A stretch of 64,000 nt of DNA, from positions 20,037,869 through 20,101,868 of the forward strand of contig OZ316892.1 of assembly GCA_973895155.1 (NCBI GenBank), given 5' to 3'. Position numbers and translations under genes: made by a program. The notes beneath the pieces were generated by a model. The model saw only the letters and a list, made by a program, of their open reading frames with translations. It ran no database searches and was not told where the DNA came from. Each line of letters begins with the position of its first letter. Positions within the stretch are counted from its first letter, which is position 1. Shown piece by piece: positions 11,311 through 23,470 of this stretch. The DNA comes from Marsupella aquatica (taxonomy: Eukaryota > Plantae > Marchantiophyta).

Positions 11311-12581
11311 ACGAGAGCATTGCTTGGATCTGATGCAATACTCGTTTTCCGAGCGAATCAGGATACATGGGCGGTGCGGCAGCAGTCACTGGGGCTGTTG
11401 TAGAGGACGAGGCGTTAATCGGAAACATCACACCCACTTTGACATACAAGCGCAGTATGTGGTGGTACCTAGGCTCGTGTTCCATGCCTGCTCGCACGTT
11501 CATTGTTGTTGAAGATTGGATATTCCTGTATTGGCATTGCTAGAAACCCACATCGTAGCATGGAGGACAACTCATGACAGAGACAAAGTGTCTCATGTTT
11601 TATTGCTATCTTATGTGGCTTAATAGGGAAGGTATTAGGGAAGGTACTTGCGTCAACGGAAGAGGCTTGCCACAAACGGGACCAGGGGCCCCAACACAAC
11701 ATTCAGGACAGCGAGCTGGGTGCCAAACAGAAGTGGCCCTTGGTGGAAATAGTACCCGAATTACCTCCACACGACGGCCAAAGAGGTGTGTACACGTAAC
11801 TCATAGTGATACAGTATAAGAAAATGTGAGAAATCGTGGTATGAATACCGTCCCAGCGTGTTGATACCATGGTGCGTTGAGTCGCAGGTGTAGAGGTTGT
11901 CGATGGCACGAGTTGTGCACTATGCATCCCCGACAAGGGAGGGGTTGTGGTGATGGGCAGGGGGGTGGTGAAGAATGCCATGGTGGCATCATTGAGCGAG
12001 GGAATGGCATATTTGCTGATACTGGAGTGGTCATTCAAATCATGGTATGGCTCACCAGAGTGGGACATGGGTTTAGTGCCATGCGCTCAGAATTCGTATT
12101 CCTGGCTTGCACAAGGCAAGTTTTGCATTGGCCATTACATTTGTTGTCGCCTTGTGAGGACGAGAATGGCAGTCACCTAGTACTACGTTTCCCGAGGCGG
12201 ACATTCCTCACGCCCACTGCAAAAGAGATACCCGGGATGGATCGTGCACAACGTCATCACGAACTTTCGAAGAATATTATGCCCCACAAGTTACGTTCTG
12301 CAGGGTTTACAATCGAAGAAGAGCCCGAGGAGGTTGAGTGCAGCCAGACGTTTGAGGGGTTGATGCCGATACTGCACCTATCCCAGGGCATTGCAGATGA
12401 TGATTGACACATGTAAAGCATAAACTGTGAATAAAGTCTCCATTTTTGCTATCACATTTCCCAGCAACAAAATGGAGGTCCCGGTCCACTCCTCCCAAGA
12501 GCAGTACCTCGTGTGCTATTGCAGGGAGATGCAAAGCGCTTCCAGGGATTTACATCCATCCATTTGTGAGGCTGGGCTCGA

Positions 12582-15500
12582 TGTGATGCCTAGACAGGAA
12601 TCACTCGGCCAGTTAAGTGGGTAAAGTAGGAAGGCACCCTAGGAACACCTTAGTATAGGGACAAAACAAGGAAAATATAAACCATTAGGGGCAACCATGG
12701 AACCCGGGCCGAGGCCGGAGGTAAGGACGCTGAGGGTAAAAACTCGGTTAGGGTTAGGGCGCGTTAAGCGTCGGCGGCTAGGAAGGATCAACGGGAAGAA
12801 GGACCGGCAGAGGAGAGGGGTAAGGAGCGCTTGCAGGAGATGGTGGCTCATTTGCGAGCACGAACTAGGCAGACGACTACGGGAGGCCAACTACTGTCAG
12901 CTGCTTAGGCAAGCACTCGGGGAGAGAGTAGATACCGACGATCGACCTAAGGAGGGTATGAGCAACGTCAATCAAGCGGCACATTTCTGGGGATGCCTGT
13001 TCGAACGGGCAACTGAGTACATCAAGACTTACGAGGACGAGGAATCAGAAAGGGCAGCTTGAGAACGGCAGGAGCTCGCTCGATTGTGGGAGCTACAGAA
13101 GACGGCTTTCTTAGGAGGCGAACTCATCAAGGACGAGTTCCTGTGGACGCCTACTTCCAATCAACTCGACGATCTTCTGTTTTGCAAAGACAGCGTCGTC
13201 GGCATCCGAGAGGCCATCAAGAACTGCAACGACATACACTGGGAATTAAAGGGTAGCACGGAAAGGTGGACCCAGGCAACGGTGCTAGGAGAAACCTCCA
13301 CGGTAGCAGAGATGAAGAGGAAGGGAGCCGTCAACGATGAAGCCACCCCGGCAAAAAGAACGAGGTCGGCGGCACCAAAGAAGCCAGCCGAGCAGCAGAG
13401 CAGGAGGCAGGGAGAAGCCGAAGAGGAGGAGGTCGATCCCATCAAGGCCATTCCAACCAGGGATGACACCTGGAAGGGCTGGGCGGCAACCCTACCGGTG
13501 GAGGTGCAACTACATTTTGCACGGGAGGAGGATGCATGCTTCACGGCCATGCAGACCAAGAAGTACCAAGGCTTCATGGCCGGATCCGGCTTAGAGGCCT
13601 TTGTAAGATTACCATGGCTGAAGCCGGAGGTACCGGAGTCAGACCTATTAGAATCCGTGGGGTCATGGGAACCCGAGACCAATTGCACGAGGATATATGG
13701 GAAGGATTTCTATCTTACTCCCAAGGTAATTGCCGAAGTGTTTGGCTTGCCGATAGGCAATAAGACCAAAGTTGATACCAGGAAGACCTTGCCTGACAAG
13801 GAGTTCCGGTCGTTCCCCGGGCCATCAACAAAGAATGGCTTCTTCCGGAACACCTGCACCAACCCGCACATAGGAGAGATGATCGACTTCTTGCGGGTGA
13901 CCATGCATTGTAACTTGCCGAGGGCAGAGATCGGCAAGGCACAGGTCTATCTGGCAGAAAGGCCAGACCCAAGCCGGGACTACAACGGGTACCTCCTCAA
14001 CCAATTGAAGAAGATCTTAAAGGAGGAGCAATAGGTAATCGGCATGGGGAGCGTGTCGCGGCTTGGCTATCACATGCCGCTGTTGTGCTGGTATGCCAGA
14101 GGTCAGACTTTTGCCCCGGTACTTCCCCTGCAGGTAAGGGCACCCGAGGAAGCTCCAACGCCGAGGCCGTTGGCTGAGAAGCCTCAACCACCTGTTAGCC
14201 CTACGATCGAGCAGGTGTTTAGGCCCAGGAAGGAGGACTTGCCGATGCAGCAACCAGGCATGCAGAGTCTGCTGAAACTACTGGAGAACGAAAAGAAATC
14301 GGCATCAGCAACAACAACAGCAACGGCAACAATGCAGGACACTACTACAGAGGTAGGCCTACACCGGCTCACAAGAGAAAACCCCTTTGCTGGAGACAAG
14401 GAGAGAATCAGGCCGGAATCCAAGCCCGGTGTTCGAATGTATGTGGGAATCTCAAGCTCCAAATCTGAGGCATAATTGCCTGAAGCTCCTACCGACGAAG
14501 AGGAGAGGGAGAAGCCGGACGGCCAAGAAGTAGAGGAGGCAGTGGAGGACTGCAGCCATGATAATTCCGGCTATGGGTCGGACCATCACGTCCCAGGAGT
14601 AAGGACCTGTGGCCGATTTGTCCCCACACTTCCAAGGGTAGTGCGAGGGGACCCCAACCAGCAGAGTAGCCCTGAGTCTCCCCCACCAGATGTTGCTCCC
14701 CCGAGCTTCGACGGCATAAAACATAGGATCAGGAATTTCAGGAGCGAATCAAGCAGGAAGAGGAGGCAGCCCTGGCTAGGGAAAAGGATTTACCAGGAGG
14801 AGATTGGCCGGAGGACATCAGGCGGCTAGCCAAAAAAGGAAGCAAACCTCTAGCCACGATTGAAGAGATCCGCAAGACGGCTTGGGAGCAGAGGCCGTGA
14901 TGGGCGATGCCGATTACTTCTACTTACTCCACCTACGCTAAGAATAGAGCCATGGAGTATGGTGAGATGTGTGGGGAACTTGCGCTCGGCATCTTTGGAG
15001 AGGAGTTGGAGGTAGGACCCTTTTTCCATAGGGAGCAGTTGGAGAAGCACCAATTAGAAGAAGCGGTGGCTTTAGAGAGAAGCAAGAAGGACGAGGTCAT
15101 TCGGTGGCTTAGGAGGATGGAAGCCGAGATTGAAGATCTAAGGGCGGCCAAGAAAGCCCAAGATGAACTGCGGATTAAACGACATGAGCTAAACATCATG
15201 CAGGGACAGTTGGACACCGCGCAGGCTGATAATCAGAATATCAAGGATAAACTGACTCAGACGCAGGGAGAGTTGGCCGACACGATCCAAGAGAGGGAGA
15301 AGTGGAAGCAAGAGCTGAAGAATACAGAGGAGGCCCACATAACAGCCAACAGCCGGGCCATGGCGGAGACCCAAAGAAAGGAATGGGCGTTGAAGGGGGA
15401 GCTCGAGAAAATCCACGGAGCCCTTGAGCAGAAGGAGGCCGAGTTAGGGAAATCCTATCAAGGGATTATGGCGCTGCAGTAGGAGCTTGCGTCCCTGACA

Positions 15501-17242
15501 GCCAGCTTCAAGGCCGACCTAAGGGAGAAGGACGAGATGCTCGAACAGACTTACGCCAAGATGAACCAGATGGAGTCTGTCATCATTGCAGAGCTCGACA
15601 AGGAGCTAAGAGCAACCTAGGAGGAGAGGACTACCTTGAAACAAGAACGGGAGGAAGCCCAGAAGGAACTAGAGGAGGCACGCAAGGACCTGGATGAGAC
15701 CCAGGAGGAGTTGGAGGAAATCACGAGGAAGATGGAGAACCTCCAGCGGCGGGCCGACAACCAAACGGAGCGGCTGAAGAAACAAGCCGTAGTATTTAAG
15801 TGCTTGTCTTCATCAGGCCCAACTCCAATTGGGGCAACCAAGTTACCAGGAGTGGTACTGGCCGAAGAAAAAGCCGCGCCACCTGCACCAGTGCCGGAAG
15901 TAAGTGGGAAGGGGAAGGGACCAGCTGCCGAACCAGAAAAGAAGAACAAGCGGAAACCTTCAGGGTCAAGGAGTAATCCGACTCCACAAGCCGTGGTGAC
16001 CAAGGAGGTAGAACCAGCACCATCCTCCGGCATGAATACGGCAAATGATCCCGCTATCATCACAGGTGGGGGTGGTGCGGCCCAAGCCGAACTACTTAGT
16101 AATGAGGCCGGTATCCCAGATCCGCCTCTTGAGCAGGCCGGGGAGACCAAGCCGTGGCTGAGGCCGTAACCGGTTCCCGAGCCGATGCCGACGCCGATGG
16201 TGGACCCAGTCAGGCCGATGGAGAGTTGACTCAGTCAAGGGCAGGTAATCTGTCAGAGAATGAACCTATGGCAGTGGCTGAGGAGGAAGCGTTGGGGGCG
16301 TCCATTAAGGATCCACCACCGGTGTCGTGACGGTGCAAGGGCGCCGTTCCTTTTAGGGAGGGCGGACGTGGAGGGAGGAGGCGTGAGTGGGCAGGGCGGG
16401 CGCTGATCTCCAAGTTTAGGATTAGGATCAGGACCAGGAGCGGCCCTGACACTTAGCTTAGTGGGATTGCGGTTCCACTGGTAGGAGCAACACTTGTGCT
16501 CCTGCCTTGCTGTACATAGGTAGATTTGGGCAAGTAGATTACTGTTAAGTAGATTAGGCTTACGATGCAAAGAATGGCGGATCCACTACCAGGATAAGTA
16601 CCTGGGCAGCGGGGAGCTCAGGGCCTCTTCTTTAGCAAGTTTTTAGTTTGCACCAGCCGGGCTGGGATCAAGTAGTACGAGAAGCTCTCGGTTAGTCATA
16701 CAGTGACCCTTGTGTATATTCATGTTTCCTCACGCCTAAGAGCTGAATAGAGTTGGCCTCACGGCTTAGTTCGTAGAACTTGTGTATGAGATGTACTGTT
16801 TGTATGGCAAGTGCATGGTATGACTCAGTCAGAATGAGTCATTTTGCTATTTGTGTGTCGCATTAACTTGTGTGAAGAGTGCCCACATCAACCAGAAGGA
16901 AGGAAAGTAAGCAGGGGAGTGAGAGTTGGATGTGTCGAGCTGAGAGAGGTCTTAGCGGCTTAACCAAGCCTATTGGGGATCATTCCGGCGGCGGAATCCA
17001 AACATACCTAACAAGACGGAGGGGAAGACAGGGGAAGGCCTAGATTAGGCCGGCTATGTATCTCATGACCCGATGAAGGATCTGTCCAGTATATGTGTGT
17101 AAAATGTTAATAGTAGTAGTAGAAGGTTAGCAGCGTCCCATGCCGCTAAGCCGCGGAAACGGCCTCGCCAAGCGCAAAACCTGCGGGAATCGGCTTGAGC
17201 TGGGGGGTTTCTTGGGTTTAGGGAGCCATGGGACGCACCACA
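12582..17242 (+). mobile_element. Solo-LTR-like insertion, copy 2 (4661 bp), 5-bp TSD CTCGA
   Basis: Same TGTGATGCC...GCACCACA ends; CTCGA at 12577-12581 and 17243-17247. Confidence 0.85.
12697..16330 (+). pseudogene. Degraded copy of the LTR-internal ORF
   Basis: Colinear with 6345-9968. Stops at 13060, 14032, 14473, 14898, 15480 and 15618 (mostly CGA/CAG to TGA/TAG) and a frameshift near 14725. Confidence 0.8.
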
Positions 17243-19446
17243 CTCGAACAGAGCCTTGCATTCCTGATGTGATGTCTCCACTATTGCGATCAGCAAGAGT
17301 GGTCGATGATTGTATGCCCCACTTACATTCTCGCATTAGCAATTGAATTTGCTCCGAGAGCTCCTGTAGCGATCAATAATGTATCGGTTGTGGACGCCCA
17401 AATTTACAGCCCCACGAACTGGCACATCATTGACCTTGCCACTTAATGGACATGAATGAAACCCTGTGCAGAACACATTTTGTGGCGGACGACGCCTGAA
17501 AAGATCGCTCGAAAGATGTACAATTGTCTCGGACAATTATGTGGAACACTTTATGTCATACCGGATGTACATGACAATTGTATGCCCCACTTACATTTTT
17601 TGAATTAGTTCTGTCCGTGTAAAGGAGCACTTGGTAATATCATGGTATGTAAATACAACGGCCGCTTAGATCGTGTATGATTCGTGTCAGGGGAGGGGGT
17701 GGGGAGTTAGTACGTGGCCTAAATTGCGCATTGGGACAGGGCATATGCGACACCCAACATCCATACCAGGATAAACGTCGGGAATATATTTAAGTCATTC
17801 ACTGGACCAAGAAATGATACGTAACAAACTGCCGTATGCCATCTGGCAATAAAATACAGATGCCAACGATGACAATTCTGATTTTTTTACATGGGAGTGA
17901 GCAAAAGAGTTCACACTAAAGGAATGAAAGTGCCTTGGGGCACAGGTGAGTTTCAATCCGCCCCTAGACTATGGTACTAACATGCCATAGTACAATTCTA
18001 ATATCAAGGTGATTGGAAGGGATGTGAGTTGACACGGACTGTAATGGTCCAAGAAGACAATCTGATGAGACCCCAATGTTACTTTTGGACATATGTTTAG
18101 GGTTTAGGGTTTACCCATTCAAGTAAAGTAAACTTATAGAAAAACAAGAATACAAATTAGAGTTTCCAGTTGAAAAGACGCTATTTGTAGTAAAGTGGGA
18201 AGAGGGTATTGAGCTGAGAACTAAATTATGAAACTGCTATATGGCGAATCCAGCGGCCAGTTCATTACCTAGGGTAAGTACACACAAGTACCTCTACTGG
18301 TGTTCATGATTACTTTTAGTTTCATCTGTTATTTTACTCTTGTACCTTATGCGCAAATTGTTGAATCTCACTCTTCCTAATGAATAACCTGTTTATATTT
18401 GCCACCCAAAAATTAGCAAAGTGGAAAAAGGCTATTGAGCTGATAAAAAGTATTAATATTTTTTTGAAATCTCTCTATGAAGTATTTGTTACTACATAGT
18501 AAGTTCTTTTTTGCAATAACCCTGTAATCGACCAATGACACAATCACTGGCCCCAAGCATAAAATGGCCACAACAATCGTAATCTTTTTTCACATCCACA
18601 TCTATCGTGCAAATCCACTCCTAATGAATAACCTGGATAATGTGTTTTCCTTACGGAGGCTGGCTTGGAGTAAGAGGAGACAACCTCTTCGGATTCAACA
18701 TAAAAGGCGGTCCTCTGGATGAGGCCGGCCTGGACGACCCTGCTCGGAGGCCGTCGGGGACGTCGCCTGGTTGCCGTCCATACCGTGATTTCCAGGACTT
18801 CAAACTACACATGGCACAGATACCTTTCGAAAGAATCATAGTGAGAACTTATATTTTCATTTACTCTTTGTAACTAATCATAGTGAGACTTTATTTATGT
18901 GTGGCTGATGCGACAACACTTAGGGTAAATGAAGGGGATGGATATAAAAGGGAAGGGGACAATTTGTTTTTTAGAAATCTTTGTTTAAAATGACATCTAT
19001 TTTTTCCTTACTCTAGGGAGACTAACATACGCTCATTCAAAGATTGTCGTATGCCAATCTGATCGTTCTTTCTGAATATGGGATTAATGTCATCAATCAT
19101 GTTTCTTGAATGGAGAGTCTTTCACAATGTATTTATGCAACTTGTGTCCAAGGCAAGCGCAATGCTATCCACTGAAATACACAAATAACAACACAGCGAG
19201 AAACCATGAGCTATGAGCAAAGCAAAACATGCATTCGCATTGTTCGACATTCTTCGGAGGGGAACATCAGCTGGTCACTACTTTTTACAGCCTGAAAAGG
19301 TCCGAGGCAACTACTGGACGGATGGCCCGACCCCCATGAGCTCTGAAAATACCCCCAATACCGGCCCGCAAATGGAGCGACCAGTGGGGATGCTCTAAGA
19401 AAACATTCCCTCGACGCCCAAAATAGCTACAGTACTATGGAGCCAG

Positions 19447-19922
19447 CTAGCTGACGGGAACGACCGGATATAGATTGTCCACTTCTGAAGGATGAGGTTC
19501 AGGGACTATGAAGCGTGGCCTGCAAGGAGAGGGCACAGTCCTCAATCCGATATGCCCACGGGGTGCGCTTTTACAGGGCGATACCAGACTCAGTGGCCAA
19601 CATATTTTGTTCCCCACCCGCAGGTTCTTGTAGAGGCACCCCTGCCTTGACAGAGCTGGATCCCAATCGGGTCCTCCGGTCTGCACAGTTGATGGAAGTT
19701 CGAGAAGTTTGACATAAACAAACCCTTCTCCTAATAGCATATTTCCCTTCCTTCTAGAACTGATTTCCATGTGAGGGTCAATAGACAAACCCTCAGCCCT
19801 CCCAAATAACCGACTTTTGTCAGTGGGGTCAGTTCGGCGTTCCATGGAGAACAGGGCACAAGAGCAGCCCACCATGAATTCCACGATTTTTCCGTTGCTC
19901 TGCCATGCGTCCCACGTTGTGT
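19447..19922 (-). CDS. Exon encoding a Tnp1/EnSpm-transposase-associated-like domain (DUF8039/PF03017-like); probably a 3' part of the modular gene starting at 25130
   Basis: Acceptor TTTCATGCAG|AC at 19922 (phase 1) is in frame with ORF 19447-19884. GRAEGLSIDP...LLGEGFVYVKLLE...LRVGNKICWPLSLV resembles the G-x-I-x-S-x-D-P...LG...V-x-V...G-x-x-I-x-WP pattern of CACTA accessory proteins (by eye). Confidence 0.45.
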
Positions 19923-20156
19923 CTGCATGAAATGTGAATTCTCTTTAGTCAACAATGCGCGTCATCACATGAATCCATACCGTTGATAACAATCATTTTA
20001 ACACTAAAATCAAAGAATGCGCTATGTAAAGTTGTACTTTAGTCAGTTACTCAGTTGGGCTTACATGTCGGGGTTATGCCGAATCTGCTTCGAAAGCTTG
20101 GTGCCTCCAACCAGCTGTTATGCGCCGCCTGCAAATCCCAAGCGCCAGGAATACGC

Positions 20157-21038
20157 TCATCTGCCCATGGAAACAACACAGAGTAAGGACTTTGCTATCG
20201 GCAATTTATGTAATGGAAAACAAGACCAATGAGATGAGAACGTCAGGCCATACAGACCAAGCCATGCTTTCAGACCCAGGTTTCCGTCTCGGGCCAGCCT
20301 GCCGTGCGCCTTCGTTTGCGTGTTGACATACTGATCCTCGGCGCGGTCTTTAAAAACACTTAGAAACTCTGGTACGGATTGAACCACCCCATCATCCAGG
20401 CATCGCTTGAGACTGCTCAACCTTGGAGCCACCCAACCCAAGAGAAACCTGTCTGCAAATGGGTCTCCGTAATCGGGAGTAGCAGCACCTTTTCTTGGCC
20501 ACTCCGGGAGGTATATATTATTACCTGGACTACTGCGCATAAATTTCACCGGGCTGTCGTCAACGATGACAGTGTAGCGATATCCAGATTTGGGCCCTTT
20601 TGCTACGATGAGGGCCGTGGGTTTCAGCATGATCCGCTGAGACGACCCCGGATAGCAGTAGCCCGAGGAGTAAACATTGTCTTGGCAGAGAATGAACCTG
20701 AACAGGTTTACTGTCACATGACCAAAAACCCCCTCCAATAACGGCATCACATTGTGTGATGCAGCACACGACCAAATCCCAATCGTAAAATGCTCCAGCA
20801 ACCAATACACAAATCGAAGACAACCTGGCCGCAGTCTACATTGTCCCCGACTACACATGATAAAACCATCTTCTTGCGTGCCGTCGTGTCGCCTTTCCCA
20901 TAGCGTGCCAGAAAGGTCTAGCACAACTAGTACGCCTGCATCCGGATTGGCTATGGTTACACTCGGGACGCCTCGGGACGGGCATAGGTTGTGTCCACAG
21001 AAAGCCAACAACATACTATGATACCTATTGAAGAGCAT
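20157..21038 (-). CDS. FCP1/NIF-type (HAD superfamily) phosphatase-like domain; likely exon 20935-20258
   Basis: LVVLDLSGTL (DxDxT motif with the second D replaced by S), LRPGCLRFVYWLLEHFTIGIWS, FILCQD, MLKP and TVIVDDSPVKF are the NIF-domain motifs in the expected order. Phase-1 acceptor GATGCAG|GC at 20935 and donor CTTG|GTCTGT at 20258. Confidence 0.8.
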   Translation of the reverse strand: MLFNRYHSMLLAFCGHNLCPSRGVPSVTIANPDAGVLVVLDLSGTLWERRHDGTQEDGFIMCSRGQCRLRPGCLRFVYWLLEHFTIGIWSCAASHNVMPLLEGVFGHVTVNLFRFILCQDNVYSSGYCYPGSSQRIMLKPTALIVAKGPKSGYRYTVIVDDSPVKFMRSSPGNNIYLPEWPRKGAATPDYGDPFADRFLLGWVAPRLSSLKRCLDDGVVQSVPEFLSVFKDRAEDQYVNTQTKAHGRLARDGNLGLKAWLGLYGLTFSSHWSCFPLHKLPIAKSLLCVVSMGR

Positions 21039-21087
21039 CCCTCATATCATTAAACCGGGGTCTGTTGTCTGCGTCTAGACCATTCAC

Positions 21088-22200
21088 CATATCACTGGAC
21101 CACCGGGCAAATTGAACTCGTCAAAGACAAAACGACGCCCGAATTTCTCCGTTGCCTACGTACCAAGCTGCCTTGAAGGCGATGGGGGGCCGGTGTCCGC
21201 GTCTGGACCAGGATCGCCACTCCGACCGCGCGGGGGTTCTGCACACAGAATCCAGGATCATACCGTGATAATCAATCCAGTCCATTCTGCATATCACTAG
21301 ACCACAGCACCAATTGAACTGGTCAAAGACAAAACGACGCCTGAATTTCTCCGTTGCCTACGTACCAGGCTGCCTTGAAGGCGACGGGGGGCCGGTGTCC
21401 GCGTTTGGACCAGGATCGCCACTCGGACCGCGCGGGGTTTTGCACACAGAATCCAGGATCATACCGTGATAATCAATCCAGTCCATTCTGCATATCACTG
21501 GACCACAGCGCCAATTGAATTGGTCAAAGACAAAACGACGCCCGAATTTCTCCATTGCCTACGTACCAGGCTGCCTTGAAGGCGACGGGGGGCCGGTGTC
21601 CGCGTCTGGACCAGGATCGCCACTCGGACCGCGCGGGGGTTCTGCACACAGAATCCAGGATCATACTGTGATAATCAATCCAATCCATTCTGCATATCAC
21701 TGGACCACAGCGCCAATTGAACTGGTCAAAGACAAAACGATGCCCAAATTTCTCCGTTGCCTACGTACCAGGCTGCCTTGAAGGCGACGGGGGGCCGGTG
21801 TCCGCGTCTGGACCAGGATCGCCACTCGGACCGCACGAGGGTTCTGCACACAGAATCCAGGATCATACCGTGATAATCAATCCAGTCCATTCTGCATATC
21901 ACTGGACCACAGCGCCAATTGAACTGGTCAAAGACAAAATGACGCCCGATTTTCTCCGTTGCCTACGTACCAGGCTGCCTTGAAGGCGACGGGGGGCCGG
22001 TGTCCGCGTCTGGACCAGGATCGCCACTCGGACCACGCGGGGGTTCTGCACACAGAATCCAGGATCATACCATGATAATTAATCTAGTCCATTCACCATA
22101 CCAATGGACCACCGTGCAAAATGAACTCGTCATAGACAAAATGACGCCCGAATTGCTTGTTGCCTACGTACCGGGCTGCGTTGAGGGCGACAGGGGGCTG
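21088..22200 (-). repeat. ~5.5 x 202-bp tandem array; each unit is a 75-nt exon plus a 127-nt intron on the minus strand
   Basis: Units recur at about 21088, 21291, 21492, 21694, 21896 and 22098. Minus-strand units read TGTGTGCAG|75 nt|GTACGT; exons at 21238-21164, 21641-21567, 21843-21769 and 22045-21971. One unit has lost its AG. Confidence 0.9.
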
Positions 22201-22423
22201 TTCTCTGTTGGTGTTCCCGGATCGTCTATTGTCGCATTCGGATCGGTTGGACCGGGATGAACTACCGCCATACTCAGAGCGGCCAAGGTTTCTGTGAACC
22301 ACACCCAAACGCATACCATGATAAGAATATACACCCTAGACGACATCATTAATAGGATTTGGCCATTTAGGAATATTCATGAATGGAACGGAACTAAACT
22401 ATCCTTATGTGTGAATGTCATAC

Positions 22424-22972
22424 CTGAAGCAAGTTCATGAGGGGAAGATGCCTCAGTCCCTATAATTGGGTTACTTTTCGTTGCACGACGACGCTTCCGA
22501 GGTGTGCCAGAGTCAACATCAGATTGCTTTTTTTTTTAGGATCTCGCCCTGCTTCGGATTTCACTAGTGCGCAAGCCTTCGGACCCTGGGTCTGTAACGT
22601 GCCCGGGTTCCTTCGTACGCAAACTCCGACCTTTTACAACTTTCGGACGTGCGACTGTCTTTACCAATTCATTTCGGACGCTGCTTCTTTTAACAACAGG
22701 GACGGAGGTTGTCCCCTCACAGGGGGTTGTGAGTTCATTGTTATCTACAGGAAGGCTTATGTTCCTTCTAGTCCGCTGCGCAACTTCAGGTTCGGCGGCC
22801 ACTGACCCACGTCTGGATGCTTTGTCTGTGCCAATGATGAATGATGGCATTTCTGTTGTACCCAATATGTTCTTCCTCTTTCTCGACTCCGTTTTGGTGA
22901 TGCTCACCTGAACCGCTGGTTTGCTGCTCACTTGGGCGCCCTTCCTCTTCTTCCCTCCACCCACGGCCACAC
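22424..22972 (-). pseudogene. Lys/Arg/Ser-rich phase-1 exon of the modular cargo gene, with one internal stop
   Basis: Acceptor TTAG|GT at 22972, donor TTCAG|GTATGA at 22424, 549 nt. Single in-frame TAA at 22538-22536. NLS-like GKKRK and RKRRR. Confidence 0.55.
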
Positions 22973-23470
22973 CTAATGTGAATACAAATAATTAGCACCC
23001 TGGTTCAAAATCATATAACTATGGTAGGACCGATAGAGCTTCATAATGCAAATAGTGTGAATGTTTAGTACCTCTTATTGGGCGAGAAATTGGTAGCTTG
23101 TTAGCCCTGACTTCAAGTCCCGTTGCGTCCACTCGGATATGCATTGAGTCATCTACTTCAATATACACGATCACTCCAAAGTCTGGGTTATTGGGGCAAA
23201 ACTCTTGTACAGATAGCCAGAGAAAGGAAAAACAAAAGATCCTGGGTGGTATCCTCGTGTACCATCCATATGCATAACCGAACCAGGCAAGAGGTGGAAC
23301 TATGACTACCCGGCCTAACAAGGTGCCAGTCCCTACACCTTTACCTCTTCTCGTCCCTAAATTTTTGTAATTTCTGTTCAAACCATATGCCACAGATATT
23401 TGTTTGTGAAATAGAAGGGATGCCACACGGCTGGGTTAATTATACAAGTGATGTAGTAAGTTGAACTACA

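Noticed and set aside
11877-12581. ORF 11877-12407 and overlapping minus-strand frames as a gene
   Set aside because: No recognisable domain, and frames are broken by stops even after removing LTR copy 2. Possibly a decayed cargo gene, but not supportable.
6230-17242. One complete LTR element (LARD/TRIM-like) with two 4.66-kb LTRs and a 1.7-kb interior
   Set aside because: The outer flanks differ (ATGGG versus CTCGA), each copy has its own TSD, there is no polypurine tract before copy 2, and the interior continues the repeat interrupted by copy 1. The TGG after copy 1 is part of the TSD, not a PBS.
18096-18112. TTTAGGG telomeric repeats (also near 10862, 25670 and 34230)
   Set aside because: Only one or two units each, so telo-box-like motifs rather than an interstitial telomere.
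21088-22200. CRISPR-like array
   Set aside because: Units are near-identical over their whole 202 bp with no unique spacers, the context is eukaryotic and there are no cas genes.
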